In this document: piece after piece, positions 25,997-35,287 of the stretch
How positions within the stretch are numbered: the stretch's first letter is position 1
How the letters are laid out: every line of letters starts with the position of its first letter
DNA from: Chthoniobacter flavus
GTDB taxonomy: Bacteria; Verrucomicrobiota; Verrucomicrobiia; Chthoniobacterales; CAKUMP01
NCBI GenBank assembly: GCA_020718605.1
Contig: DYRR01000002.1
Span: 13,357-50,347, forward strand
Direction: 5' to 3'
Length of the DNA stretch: 36,991 nucleotides
Made by a program: the position numbers and the translations under genes
Notes under the pieces: generated by a model
Seen by the model: the letters and a program-made list of their open reading frames with translations, nothing else
Told to the model about the DNA's origin: nothing
Databases searched by the model: none

Positions 25997-26743
25997 TCAC
26001 ACCTCCCCGGGGGGCGTCTCTCCGTCTTCTGAAGATTGCGCTTGGACGACAGAATCTGCGGCATCCCCCGCAGACGGCGCCTCAACGGACTGCTGATTTG
26101 CAGCCGCCACATTTCTGGCATACACCGCCATTTCAATCTCACGAATGCGATGATTGGCATTTGCGGAGTGTTTGGTGTCGGGCATTTTCTCGGCCAACTG
26201 ATGCAGCACCGGCAACGCCCGCTCCTCGTCCTGCAAAAAGTTCCAGTAACAATCCACCAGCCGCTCCGCGATGAATGCCACCTCGTCCATCGGACGATCC
26301 CCCTCCAGATGGGAGGCAAGATATTCTGCGGCGTCCTCGGGCCGGCCAAGACGTTCGCACAGGAGCCGGGCGACTTCGCTGATCGCATGGGTGTCCAGCG
26401 GGTTCTTGTCCACGGCCCGGCGGTAGGCGATGACCGCGCCCTCGTATTCACCCTGATTGAGCAGCGAAAGCGCGTCGGCGTGAGGGCCTTTTTCGATCTG
26501 TTGATTCGGTGTGAAAAAGAAATGCCCCACCTGTTCTCCGAATGCCGGCAGGATCGTGCCCGCAAACACCACCCCCATGCCGATCCCGATGGCAATCATG
26601 GCAAGAAACAACATCATGATCTTGGTGGGATCACGGGCCGGATCATCGGGTTCGAGTGCCCAATCATGTTTGGCCTGTAAAAAAATAATTACAAAAAGCC
26701 ATCCGAGTGCCGCCACGATAATCAGCTTGGGAGCAATGCGCAT
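25997..26743 (-). CDS. Hypothetical two-TM membrane protein with a TPR-like cytoplasmic region
   Basis: Start is probably ATG 26743 (MRIAPKLIIVAALGWLFVIIF). A second TM segment reads IMMLFLAMIAIGIGMGVVFAGTIL, followed by a TPR-like stretch (GEYEGAVIAYRRAVDKNPLD). Confidence 0.65.
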   Translation of the reverse strand: MRIAPKLIIVAALGWLFVIIFLQAKHDWALEPDDPARDPTKIMMLFLAMIAIGIGMGVVFAGTILPAFGEQVGHFFFTPNQQIEKGPHADALSLLNQGEYEGAVIAYRRAVDKNPLDTHAISEVARLLCERLGRPEDAAEYLASHLEGDRPMDEVAFIAERLVDCYWNFLQDEERALPVLHQLAEKMPDTKHSANANHRIREIEMAVYARNVAAANQQSVEAPSAGDAADSVVQAQSSEDGETPPGEV

Positions 26744-26808
26744 ACTGGGGATGATCCTGCTCCCCCTCCCCGTTTGCCGCAAGTCAAAACAGACACATCA
26801 ACACGCGC

Positions 26809-27759
26809 TCACTCCGGCGCGGGCGCCGACTCCCGCAAAAATCGCTCCATAAACCCCAGAGCATCCGCAGGAACGGGAGGAGAACCGACCGATGTCTGTG
26901 TCAACTCCCGGAAAACAGTCCGGGCCCGCGAGGGATCGAGTGTTGCGATTTTTTGGGCGACATCGACACCCCGCCACTCCGGAGACCCGCGCAACACGCG
27001 CACAAGCTCCTCTGTGACTCCTGCATCGTGAAATCCCGCAAGCGCCAGGGCGGCGATCCGCCGGGCGGCGGCCGAATCGCTTTCGAGCACCGCCCGCAAT
27101 GGCCCGGAATGTTCGATATCGGCCAGCGATAAAATGGCCTCCTCGACTTCCATCCGGACATAGTCATCGGGGTCGTCCGCCTGGCGCAGAAGATATTTCA
27201 CCGCAGAAGGCCTGCCCAGCAATCCGAGGGTATGAGCCGCCTCGGCCCGCACCTGCCAGGACCCGTCCTTGAGGGCCAGCAGACACACCATCTGGGCGCC
27301 CGGATCTTTGAGGCACCCAAGAGCCTGAAGCGCGCTCTGTCTCACCTTGGCCTCCCGGTCATCCACCGCTCCGCGCAACTCTTTTTCCATGCCGTGCATT
27401 CTCAATATCCCAACCGCCCGGGCGGCATTGGCCCGGAGCAGCGGATTGGAATGCCTCATGCCTTCGAGAAGAATCGGATCGGAGCCGTGCTGTTCAAAAA
27501 GTGCCGCAAACGCCGCAGCTGCGGAGGAAGGAGCCTGGGATCGATTCATGGCAAGAGAGAGAGCCACCCGGCGGCGCATGACCTGCCGGTCATTTCCCGA
27601 AGGCAGGGCGAACAACTCGCTCTCCACGGATGCCTGATCGGGCGGCAGTATCCAGGCATCCTGGGGATTCGGGCCCTCGTCGCATCCCGGCAGCAACCAG
27701 CCTGCCAGGAGGAGCGCAACCGCAAACAGCGCGGGTCGAAGTGAGAATTCCATAAACAT
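26809..27759 (-). CDS. HEAT-repeat (PBS-lyase-like) protein, probable lipoprotein
   Basis: Start chosen at 27759 or 27753 (MFMEFSLRPALFAVALLLAGWLLPGC is signal plus lipobox-like). The track start of 27846 is also possible. Repeated HEAT units include NPLLRANAARAVG, KVRQSALQALG, WQVRAEAAHTLG, and DYVRMEVEEA. Confidence 0.7.
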   Translation of the reverse strand: MFMEFSLRPALFAVALLLAGWLLPGCDEGPNPQDAWILPPDQASVESELFALPSGNDRQVMRRRVALSLAMNRSQAPSSAAAAFAALFEQHGSDPILLEGMRHSNPLLRANAARAVGILRMHGMEKELRGAVDDREAKVRQSALQALGCLKDPGAQMVCLLALKDGSWQVRAEAAHTLGLLGRPSAVKYLLRQADDPDDYVRMEVEEAILSLADIEHSGPLRAVLESDSAAARRIAALALAGFHDAGVTEELVRVLRGSPEWRGVDVAQKIATLDPSRARTVFRELTQTSVGSPPVPADALGFMERFLRESAPAPE

Positions 27760-27887
27760 CGGACTGTCCAGCATACCGGCATCCATCTTGCGGTGCAAGC
27801 GTGCGCTGGTAATTGATCGGCGATTGACAACCCCTGCCCAGGTCATATCCTTGAGCTTATTCGCCCGGGCGGGCGGCCTTTCCTTTC

Positions 27888-28886
27888 ATGCCCAAGACCA
27901 TACGAGCCAACGACATTTTCCAAGCCCTGCAAGTCATCAACCAGCCGCTCTACAGCGTCGAGGAGAGAATTCGGGATCAGGCGCGCACTTTCGATCCCGC
28001 AGTGGAAGGGTACGTGGCCTACGCAATCGCCAGCCGGGGCAAACGCCTTCGTCCGGCTCTCGCGCTGCTGGCGGGTGGTTGCACCGGCGAGATCACCAGC
28101 GGCCACGTGGATCTGGCGGTCATCACCGAACTCATCCACCTCGCCACACTTGTCCACGACGACATCATCGATGGCGCGGAAATCCGCCGGGAATTGCCCA
28201 CGGCAAATGCAAAATGGGGCTGTGCGCTGAGCGTGTTGCTGGGGGATGTGTTGTTCGCCCACGCACTCAAACTCTCCACTTTTTTTCACGACAGCGAGGT
28301 GAGCCGCCATATCGCCCAAGCCGCCTCGGCGGTGTGCCAGGGCGAGATCATTCAGACACAGCGCCGTTTCGATCTCACCCTTTCGGTGCCGGATTATTTC
28401 CGCATCATCGAAATGAAAACCGCGGCGCTCTTTGCCGTTGCGGCGGAACTCGGCGCATTTATAAACAACGCCCCGCAGCACGCCATCTCCGGATTGAAAA
28501 CATTCGGCATCAAACTGGGCACCGCCTACCAGATCTACGACGACATCATCGACATCGCGGGCGATGAGGAATCCGCCGGCAAATCCCTCGGCACCGACTT
28601 GGCCAAGGGCAAACTCACCCTGCCCATTCTGGACGCACTCAAACTCGCCAACCCGAGAGATCGTGAGCATCTGCGCACCCTGATCCTCGACAACCCCGGA
28701 GAGAACACCCGGGAGGTCCGCTCCCTGGTTCAAAAACTCGGCGGCATGAAAAGTGCCATCCGGACCGCATCCACCCTTTGCCGGGACGGACGCCGCCAGC
28801 TTCTTCTACTGGAGGAAAACCCGCATCGGGAGGCGCTCCTTCAGATCGCGGGAAGCCTCGAAGCCACATTGCAGGATTTCAACTGA
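27888..28886 (+). CDS. Long-chain polyprenyl diphosphate synthase (IspB/HepT-like)
   Basis: 332 aa. It has GKRLRPAL, a first DDxxD (LVHDDIIDG), GEIIQ, and a second DDxxD (YQIYDDIIDI), and GKSLGTDL. Confidence 0.9.
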   Translation: MPKTIRANDIFQALQVINQPLYSVEERIRDQARTFDPAVEGYVAYAIASRGKRLRPALALLAGGCTGEITSGHVDLAVITELIHLATLVHDDIIDGAEIRRELPTANAKWGCALSVLLGDVLFAHALKLSTFFHDSEVSRHIAQAASAVCQGEIIQTQRRFDLTLSVPDYFRIIEMKTAALFAVAAELGAFINNAPQHAISGLKTFGIKLGTAYQIYDDIIDIAGDEESAGKSLGTDLAKGKLTLPILDALKLANPRDREHLRTLILDNPGENTREVRSLVQKLGGMKSAIRTASTLCRDGRRQLLLLEENPHREALLQIAGSLEATLQDFN

Positions 28887-28937
28887 GGCAGAATTCGGAA
28901 TGGGGACGGCTGTGCGGGGGGGGCACCGGGCCCGCTT

Positions 28938-28961
28938 TCCCGCTCCTCCCGGAGCGGGCTA
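28938..28961. repeat. 24-nt palindromic element TCCCGCTCCTCCCGGAGCGGGCTA (copy 1)
   Basis: The 8-bp hairpin is cccgctcc/ggagcggg. An exact reverse-complement copy lies at 36594-36617. A second hairpin, gggctac...gtagccc, follows here. Confidence 0.8.
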
Positions 28962-29026
28962 CAGGCTGCTTTCGTAGCCCGGCGCGGGAGCGCAGGGATC
29001 CGCCGGTGCATTGGCAGGGTGTCTTT

Positions 29027-29494
29027 CTATCCGGCCACAAAATACACAAACTTCCATTTGCCACCCAGTTTGCGGATCCCGGCGCGATAACCGTTGTATG
29101 GAACGGATGGGCTGGCAAATGCCGGGGGCACCACCAGAAACCCGTCCATGGGGACAAACTCCTCTTTCAGCACCATCGCAAGTTCGCCCCAGAGATTGTT
29201 GTCGTCCCAGAATTTGAACACACCGTCCCCTTCCAGCAGGGGCTCCAGCGAGTAGCCGAAATTTGGCGTCATCAGGGAGGCCATCAGGGCCATGTCGCGC
29301 GACGATGCCGCAGTGCGCAGATGTCCCAGAAATTCCTGCAACTCAAGATCGTTGGAGGGATCCGAGGCAGTCTTCGACGGGCTGCCGGCAATGTCCGTGG
29401 CATCGGAGGGTTTGGGGTCGTCGGGTTTTGTGGTTTTGCAGGCGCCCAAAACCACCATCCCAAGACACATCAGAATGCACGCAAGCTGTTTCAT
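29027..29494 (-). CDS. Hypothetical lipoprotein
   Basis: Start set at ATG 29494 (MKQLACILMCLGMVVLGAC is signal plus lipobox). A low-complexity linker follows, then a domain of about 110 aa with no family I can name. Confidence 0.65.
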   Translation of the reverse strand: MKQLACILMCLGMVVLGACKTTKPDDPKPSDATDIAGSPSKTASDPSNDLELQEFLGHLRTAASSRDMALMASLMTPNFGYSLEPLLEGDGVFKFWDDNNLWGELAMVLKEEFVPMDGFLVVPPAFASPSVPYNGYRAGIRKLGGKWKFVYFVAG

Positions 29495-29595
29495 GCGGCC
29501 ATCATGCCCCCACACCGTCCGGATATTCAACCGGAAACCGCTGTCCCGCATCCGCTTGTTTTTTCCATGGGAATTGCGTATTTAAGGGCGGTCCC

Positions 29596-31527
29596 ATGGC
29601 TTTCACCTCCGCCCGCCCGTCCGTCAGCCTTCTTCGATGGATCCTTCTGCTGACCGCCGCCGGGTTATTTTTCACCGCCATCGCAAACCGGGATTGGCGT
29701 CATGCCGTTGCGGACCGTGTCGCGCATTCGCGCAAACCCACGGTCGCCGACCATGTCCGCACCACGGAATGGTGGGGCCTGCTCGGCACGGGAGCATTGT
29801 GCGCGGCGCTTGCCGTTTCTGCGGGATGGTGGCTTCGGGATTATCGCAGGCCGCCCTTCCCCTCGCACCCGCAGGCCGCATGGACCCGGACCGCATGGAC
29901 GCTCGCGCTGACTGCCGTGGCGCTCGGCGGTTGGATACGCGCCCCCCGTCTGGGCGTGAGCGTGTATGGGGACGAAGAGCGGACAATCCGGCACAACGTG
30001 CGCGGGGTATTTGAACCGACAGCCTCCGGCACCCCCGCCTTCGAATCCGCCCCCTGGATCGACACCCTCTGGGAGAACAAGGAAGGCAACAACCCCCAGC
30101 TATTCAGCGTTCTGAGCCGGACATCGCTCTCCGCATGGCATCGGTTTGCCGGACACAAACCCAACGAATTCAGCGAAACCATGTTCCGCCTGCCGTCGTT
30201 TGTCGCGGGATTGCTGACCATCCCCGCCGCGATGTGGGTGCTGGGATTGCTGGGCCTCCCGAGGGCCGGTGCGGCCTGCGCCTTCCTCATCGCGATCCAT
30301 CCCTGGCATATCCGGTACAGCGCGGAAGGACGGGGGTACGCGCTGGCCATGCTGTTTTCCGTAACCCTGCTTGCATGCGCCCTGCAAACGATCCGGACCG
30401 GGCAATGGAGATGGTGGGCCGGCCTGGGACTGAGCCAAGTGGTGCTGCTTTGGTCTTATCCCGGGGCAATTTATGTCCCGGTGGCGCTTCACCTCGGTCT
30501 CATCGGATGGACTTTCGCCGCCAGAAAATCCGGGTATCCCGTGGACATCGGCTTTCGGCGATGGCTGGTTGCCAACGTTGTGAGCGGTGCGGTGTTTCTT
30601 CTGGGTGCCCTGCCCACAATCCCGCAGTTGCGCGACTATCTCGCACTGGAACGGGCCACGGGAGCCATGACTGCGGGGTGGCTCCTCAATTTCTGGAGTT
30701 ATCTTTCGGCGGGGCTCATGTGGCGGACGGATGATCCCGGCAATCCTTTGCATGTCACCGTGACCTCACTTGCCCGGACAGGCTCTCCGGTGTTCTGGAT
30801 GGTCCTCGTTGCACTGCCTCTGCTTGCGGTGACCGGTCTGGCGCGACTGCTGGCCGGTGGACGCGACCGCGTTTTCGCCGCAACGGCCCTGGTGCTGCCC
30901 GTCGTCCTCGGGTTTGCCCATCAACACGTGTCGGGGCATCTGCTCTACCTGTGGTATCTCATCTTTGCCCTGCCCGCTCTGGCGATTCTCGTCACCATCG
31001 GTGCCGAAACCCTGTCGGGATTCTCTCCCGGAACAGTGCGGCAAACAGTCGTCGCGGGGGTTCTCACGGCCATGGTGGCGGTGTTTGGTATCCTCACCCT
31101 GCCGCAGATCGAAGTCATCCGGCATCATTCCAAGGAGCAGGTCCGCGATGCGGTGGAGTGCGCCGCGGGATTCAGCGACCCATCGGGGAAACGACAGCCC
31201 GATGTCATGGTGATCAATTGCCTGAGCCATGCCCCCTTTTATCTGCCGTCCATGCCCAGAGCCCATCGGCCCGACCAGCTCATCCCGCTGCTGGATGAGG
31301 CGGTCCGGAGCGGGCGTCCGCTGTATCTGATTGAGGGCCACGAAGACCCAATCCGAATCCGATTGCCGGAAATCTGGACCATCCTTCAGGACCACAGTCT
31401 TTTCGAGCAGATCGCCGTGTTCCCCGGACTGGAGGAACGGCAGTTCAACCACTGCGTGCTGCGGTTTCACCCGGAACGGTGGTCGGAGATCGCGGAAACA
31501 ATCCGCTCCATCCAAAAAAACTACTGA
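29596..31527 (+). CDS. Polytopic membrane protein, GT-C fold glycosyltransferase-like (ArnT/PMT family-like)
   Basis: Start set at ATG 29596 (MAFTSARPSVSLLRWILLLTAAGLFF). There are at least 10 hydrophobic helices, an acidic motif in the first loop (YGDEER), and a soluble C-terminal domain. The family call is tentative. Confidence 0.55.
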   Translation: MAFTSARPSVSLLRWILLLTAAGLFFTAIANRDWRHAVADRVAHSRKPTVADHVRTTEWWGLLGTGALCAALAVSAGWWLRDYRRPPFPSHPQAAWTRTAWTLALTAVALGGWIRAPRLGVSVYGDEERTIRHNVRGVFEPTASGTPAFESAPWIDTLWENKEGNNPQLFSVLSRTSLSAWHRFAGHKPNEFSETMFRLPSFVAGLLTIPAAMWVLGLLGLPRAGAACAFLIAIHPWHIRYSAEGRGYALAMLFSVTLLACALQTIRTGQWRWWAGLGLSQVVLLWSYPGAIYVPVALHLGLIGWTFAARKSGYPVDIGFRRWLVANVVSGAVFLLGALPTIPQLRDYLALERATGAMTAGWLLNFWSYLSAGLMWRTDDPGNPLHVTVTSLARTGSPVFWMVLVALPLLAVTGLARLLAGGRDRVFAATALVLPVVLGFAHQHVSGHLLYLWYLIFALPALAILVTIGAETLSGFSPGTVRQTVVAGVLTAMVAVFGILTLPQIEVIRHHSKEQVRDAVECAAGFSDPSGKRQPDVMVINCLSHAPFYLPSMPRAHRPDQLIPLLDEAVRSGRPLYLIEGHEDPIRIRLPEIWTILQDHSLFEQIAVFPGLEERQFNHCVLRFHPERWSEIAETIRSIQKNY

Positions 31528-31611
31528 CCAGACTCCGGGGGCGGGTCCAGTCTGGCCAGAAGCAGATTGTGTTATGTTATTTCCGGTCGGCAGGCTTCAG
31601 CCGGCGATCTG

Positions 31612-32295
31612 CTATCCAATGTCGATCGTGTCACCGATCGGCGGCAGATGGAGCGATAGTCCGGCATTCCGGAACTCAAGCCCCGCAGAATCCCGGTCGA
31701 TTTGGATCGGAGGAAATGTGTCGTAATGAACTCCCAGCACCTCCCTGGCACCACACCACCGGGCCGCCTGAATCGCATCCGCGACTCCCATGGTGAAATT
31801 GTCTCCGATGGGCAGCGCGGCAAACAGGAGTTCCCCGCCCCTCGCGACGAGCTGCATGTCAAACGTAAGGGCGGTGTCCCCCGAATAATAGAACCGTCCC
31901 CGGGTTGATTCGATCACAAATCCACCGGGATTCCCCCCGTAACTGCCGTCCGGCAGGCTGCTGGAATGCACGGCGTTCACATATTGGGCCCGCCCGAAAC
32001 CGAATTTGGCCCAACCGCCATGATTCATCGCGTGAACCTTTGCGAGTCCCTGAGCCGAAAGCCACTGGGCGACTTCGAAGTTGGCGATCACAGTGGCTCC
32101 GGTTCTGCGGGCAATCGCGGGCGCATCGGCCACATGATCCGCATGCCCGTGCGAAAGAAGAATGAAATCGGCCGAAATGGTCTCCGGATCAATATGGCTT
32201 GCGAGCGGGTTGCCTGAAATAAATGGATCGAAAAGAAGACGTCCGTTCCCGGTCTCGACGGCAAAACAGGAATGTCCAAAGTAGGTGATTTTCAT
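31612..32295 (-). CDS. UPF0173-type metal-dependent hydrolase (MBL fold)
   Basis: Start set at ATG 32295 (MKITYFGHSCFAVETGNGRLLFDPF...). The motif SHGHADH is present. The length of 227 aa is typical. Confidence 0.85.
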   Translation of the reverse strand: MKITYFGHSCFAVETGNGRLLFDPFISGNPLASHIDPETISADFILLSHGHADHVADAPAIARRTGATVIANFEVAQWLSAQGLAKVHAMNHGGWAKFGFGRAQYVNAVHSSSLPDGSYGGNPGGFVIESTRGRFYYSGDTALTFDMQLVARGGELLFAALPIGDNFTMGVADAIQAARWCGAREVLGVHYDTFPPIQIDRDSAGLEFRNAGLSLHLPPIGDTIDIG

Positions 32296-32441
32296 GACCC
32301 CACAATGCCCCCATCGTATCCGGAATGCGAGCCCATTTCCGCAGGGGATGGGAGCGGAACGAAGTGCGCCCACCGCACTGCGATGTTTTATAAATTCAAC
32401 TGGCATTTCGATGCGATTTCTGCCAGATTTGGACGCACCCT

Positions 32442-33746
32442 ATGAACTCCCCTGCAACTCTCCCCACCCAGAATTCGATCAAAAAATTTCTCAAGGGCCT
32501 GAGCAAGTCGCGGTTTTTTACCATCTCGATTCTACTGCATGTGCTCGCCATCTTGATATTTGGCGGAACGGTTCTGTTCAATGTGTACGTGGAACCGGGT
32601 GATTTCGAGGGCGAACCCGGCGGGAATTTTGTGCAGGGCGATGCGTCGGTGAGAACCCCGCAGGCCCTTCCCCCGATTCCCACGACACCGACCCAGACCA
32701 TCACGGCGCCGACCCAGACCTCCACAAGTTTGCAGGCCATCACGACCATGAGCCAGTCCACGACCAATTTCGTCCTGCCGACATTGGCACCGGCCATCGC
32801 CCCCACCGCAAAGGATCTCGCCACTTCCGCGCCGACTCCCGTCAGCCCCGGCGCATCTCAGGGAATGACACGGGAAATCGCCCAGGGTATTGCGGGATTT
32901 TCGCAGGGCTGGTCCAAGGGACAGGGCACCGGAAGCGGCCTGGGGATTCGGAAACGCGAATTCCAGTTCACCGCATATCTGGCCAAGTACACCGGAGGCA
33001 ACTGGAACTCGACCGTGAGAACCAGCGGCGCGGAACCAAACCAGAAAATCACCTTCGGCAGCCTCCCCAATCTGCTCTACGTCATGCAATTCTGGTCCAG
33101 GGACAAAATCAAGGCCACGCCCGACCCCGTGCCGCTCCGCCTCGACAGCGACCAGATTTTTTCCATCAAACCCCCGTTTATCTTCTTTACCGGCACCCGG
33201 GATTTCAAACTCTCCGACAAGGAAATCGAAAACCTGCGCAAATACCTGCGTCTGGGTGGGGCGCTTTGGGGTGACAGCACCGTGCCCGGCAGAAGGAGCC
33301 GCTTCGACATCGCGTTCCGGCGGGAAATGAAGCGGGTCGTGGGCGATGTGGACAAGGACTGGGAATTGATCCCCCCGGACCATGCGATCTACGACCAGCG
33401 GCGCGTGTATTTCCCCGAGATCCGGACCACCCCTCCCGGCATCAACTACTATCAGGAACCGGTCTATGCCCTCAAAGTTTTCGGAGAAATCGCCATCCTC
33501 TACACCGCCAACGACTACGGCGACATGTGGCAGTTCGGCCTCAACAAAGACGGGAAATTCGACACCCGCAAGGACGTGAACGGCAATTATGTCGCAATGA
33601 ACCAAAGCCTTTACGATCTCCGCAACACCTACATCCGCAATATTTCCGAAGACAGCGTCGTCAATACCTACAAGTTCGGTGTGAACGTGATCCTGCATCT
33701 CATCACCCGGTGGGAAGACAAGGTTCGCTCGGTCCCAAAACTCTGA
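32442..33746 (+). CDS. DUF4159-domain protein with an N-terminal TM anchor and a Pro/Thr-rich linker
   Basis: 434 aa. The TM segment reads FFTISILLHVLAILIFGG. The C-terminal region reads FQFTAYLAKYTGGNWNS...PPFIFFTGTRDFKLSDKEIENLRKYLRLGGALWGDS...HAIY, matching the DUF4159 pattern. Confidence 0.75.
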   Translation: MNSPATLPTQNSIKKFLKGLSKSRFFTISILLHVLAILIFGGTVLFNVYVEPGDFEGEPGGNFVQGDASVRTPQALPPIPTTPTQTITAPTQTSTSLQAITTMSQSTTNFVLPTLAPAIAPTAKDLATSAPTPVSPGASQGMTREIAQGIAGFSQGWSKGQGTGSGLGIRKREFQFTAYLAKYTGGNWNSTVRTSGAEPNQKITFGSLPNLLYVMQFWSRDKIKATPDPVPLRLDSDQIFSIKPPFIFFTGTRDFKLSDKEIENLRKYLRLGGALWGDSTVPGRRSRFDIAFRREMKRVVGDVDKDWELIPPDHAIYDQRRVYFPEIRTTPPGINYYQEPVYALKVFGEIAILYTANDYGDMWQFGLNKDGKFDTRKDVNGNYVAMNQSLYDLRNTYIRNISEDSVVNTYKFGVNVILHLITRWEDKVRSVPKL

Positions 33747-33774
33747 CTCCGCCAAAGGGCTCTTTCACGCGCTC

Positions 33775-34017
33775 ATGTCTGTCTCACCCCGGTTGCTGGG
33801 TTTTCTGCGCTGTCCGGTGTCGGGGCAGACGCTGCGTGAGGCCACCCCCCCGGAAATCTCGGCATTCCGTTCCAAGGCGGGAGCGGTGCGGCCCGACCCC
33901 GGCACACCGCCACCCCACAACTCCGGGCCGCCGCTTGTGCGGGAGGACGGACGGATGGCATATCCGGTTGCCGATGGAATTCCTGTGCTGCTTCCCGATG
34001 CCGGCGTTGTTCTGTAA
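33775..34017 (+). CDS. Trm112/UPF0434-family small protein
   Basis: 80 aa. It has LRCPVSGQTL near the N-terminus and AYPVADGIPVLLPDAG at the C-terminus. Confidence 0.75.
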   Translation: MSVSPRLLGFLRCPVSGQTLREATPPEISAFRSKAGAVRPDPGTPPPHNSGPPLVREDGRMAYPVADGIPVLLPDAGVVL

Positions 34018-34047
34018 TCGGTTGTCCGGCTCCCGCCCTCATTTTCC

Positions 34048-34803
34048 ATGCGCAACAAAGCAATAATCACCAACCCCGCTCCCGGCATCGATCTCGACGC
34101 GCTCGACCAATCCCGTTCTCTCGAAGAAACGGAGTACAAGCAGCAACTCAAAAAACTCCAGCTTCGTCTGCTCCGCCTGCAACGGGGCATGCATGAGACC
34201 TCCCGTTCGCTGGTGATCGTGATGGAAGGACCCGATGCGGCGGGAAAAGGCGGAGCGATCCGCAGCATCGTGGAGAAACTCGATCCCCGGCTCATCCGGG
34301 TGTACTCGATCGTGAAACCCACCTCCGAGGAATACCAGTTCCACTATCTCCGGCGGTTCTGGCTGCGCCTGCCATCCTATGGACAGACCGCCATCTTCGA
34401 CCGCTCCTGGTATGGACGGGTGCTCGTGGAACGCGTGGAGGGATTCGCCACGGATGTCCAATGGCGCCGTGCCTACGCCGAGATCAATGAGTTCGAACGC
34501 TCGCTGGCGGAGGACGGGGCCATCATCGCGAAAATTTTCCTGCAAATCACAAAAGCGGAACAGCTCAAGCGATTCAAAAAGCGGCAGTCCGACCCCTATA
34601 AACACTGGAAAATCAGCGACGAAGACTGGCGCAACCGAAGGAAATGGCGTCAGCACAACAACGCCGCCCAGGAGATGTTCGGGCGGACCTCCTCCGCAAA
34701 TGCACCGTGGACCGTCCTCCCGGCCAACTACAAATGGCATGCCCGGATCGAGTCCTTGAAATGCATCATCAACGCTCTCGAAGGCGCTGGAATCAAGCCG
34801 TAG
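34048..34803 (+). CDS. ppk2: Polyphosphate kinase 2 (PPK2) family protein
   Basis: 251 aa. Motifs: VIVMEGPDAAGKGG (Walker A), YLRRFW, IFDRSWYGRVLVERVEGF, and the lid region. Confidence 0.9.
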   Translation: MRNKAIITNPAPGIDLDALDQSRSLEETEYKQQLKKLQLRLLRLQRGMHETSRSLVIVMEGPDAAGKGGAIRSIVEKLDPRLIRVYSIVKPTSEEYQFHYLRRFWLRLPSYGQTAIFDRSWYGRVLVERVEGFATDVQWRRAYAEINEFERSLAEDGAIIAKIFLQITKAEQLKRFKKRQSDPYKHWKISDEDWRNRRKWRQHNNAAQEMFGRTSSANAPWTVLPANYKWHARIESLKCIINALEGAGIKP

Positions 34804-34946
34804 CACCTGTCCGAAGACGGACGGTTGAAACGACGGCAGAAATCCCGCCGCGAAACACACCAACGCCCCGACATCGGCGGCATAAAGGATGGACATGGTT
34901 TCCGACCGGCCAAAAAAGGAAAAGTAAAAAAACCCCGGGGCATTTT

Positions 34947-35004
34947 GGTCAGGCTCCCGCCCTGACCGGCTTGAGAAAAAACAGGGCAGGCGAGGACGCT
35001 GCCC
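34947..35004. repeat. Second copy of the REP-like double-hairpin core, inverted relative to 9694-9755
   Basis: The sequence ggtcaggctcccgccctgaccggcttgagaaaaaacagggcaggcgaggacgctgccc compares with the reverse complement of 9697-9752, ggtcaggctcctgccctgaccggcttgaaaacaggtcaggcgaggacgctgacc. No TIRs are present at this copy. Confidence 0.8.
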
Positions 35005-35130
35005 TTCCAGAGATGCAGGAAAGCCGAAGCAAGCTTCGGGGTATGGACCCAACGGGAACCAATCCACTCCCCGAGACCGAGCGGCTTTTGGCGATCTCCG
35101 GCCCGGCTCCTCAGTTTCAGCCCACTGCGG

Positions 35131-35169
35131 GGATGCGCCTTCGTCGTCGAACCGGCATCCAGCCTTTTT
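35131..35169 (+). terminator. Weak terminator-like hairpin downstream of ppk2
   Basis: A 6-bp stem (ggatgc 35131-35136 with gcatcc 35155-35160) has a large loop. TTTTT lies at 35165-35169, 4 nt after the stem. Confidence 0.25.
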
Positions 35170-35250
35170 GCTTGCCGCGCGACCCTTTCCTACTTTTTAG
35201 ACACCCTCTCGGGCATTCCCAATACCGGACGACCGTAAAGGGCTGAAATC

Positions 35251-35267
35251 TTGACATCGACCGTCAA
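35251..35267. promoter_or_regulatory. Dyad TTGAC-N7-GTCAA overlapping a -35-like TTGACA, upstream of the antitoxin gene
   Basis: The sequence ttgacatcgaccgtcaa lies 21 nt upstream of ATG 35288. This position is typical of an autoregulatory operator in type II TA loci. Confidence 0.4.
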
Positions 35268-35287
35268 TCAGGCCAAGTTGGCCACAT

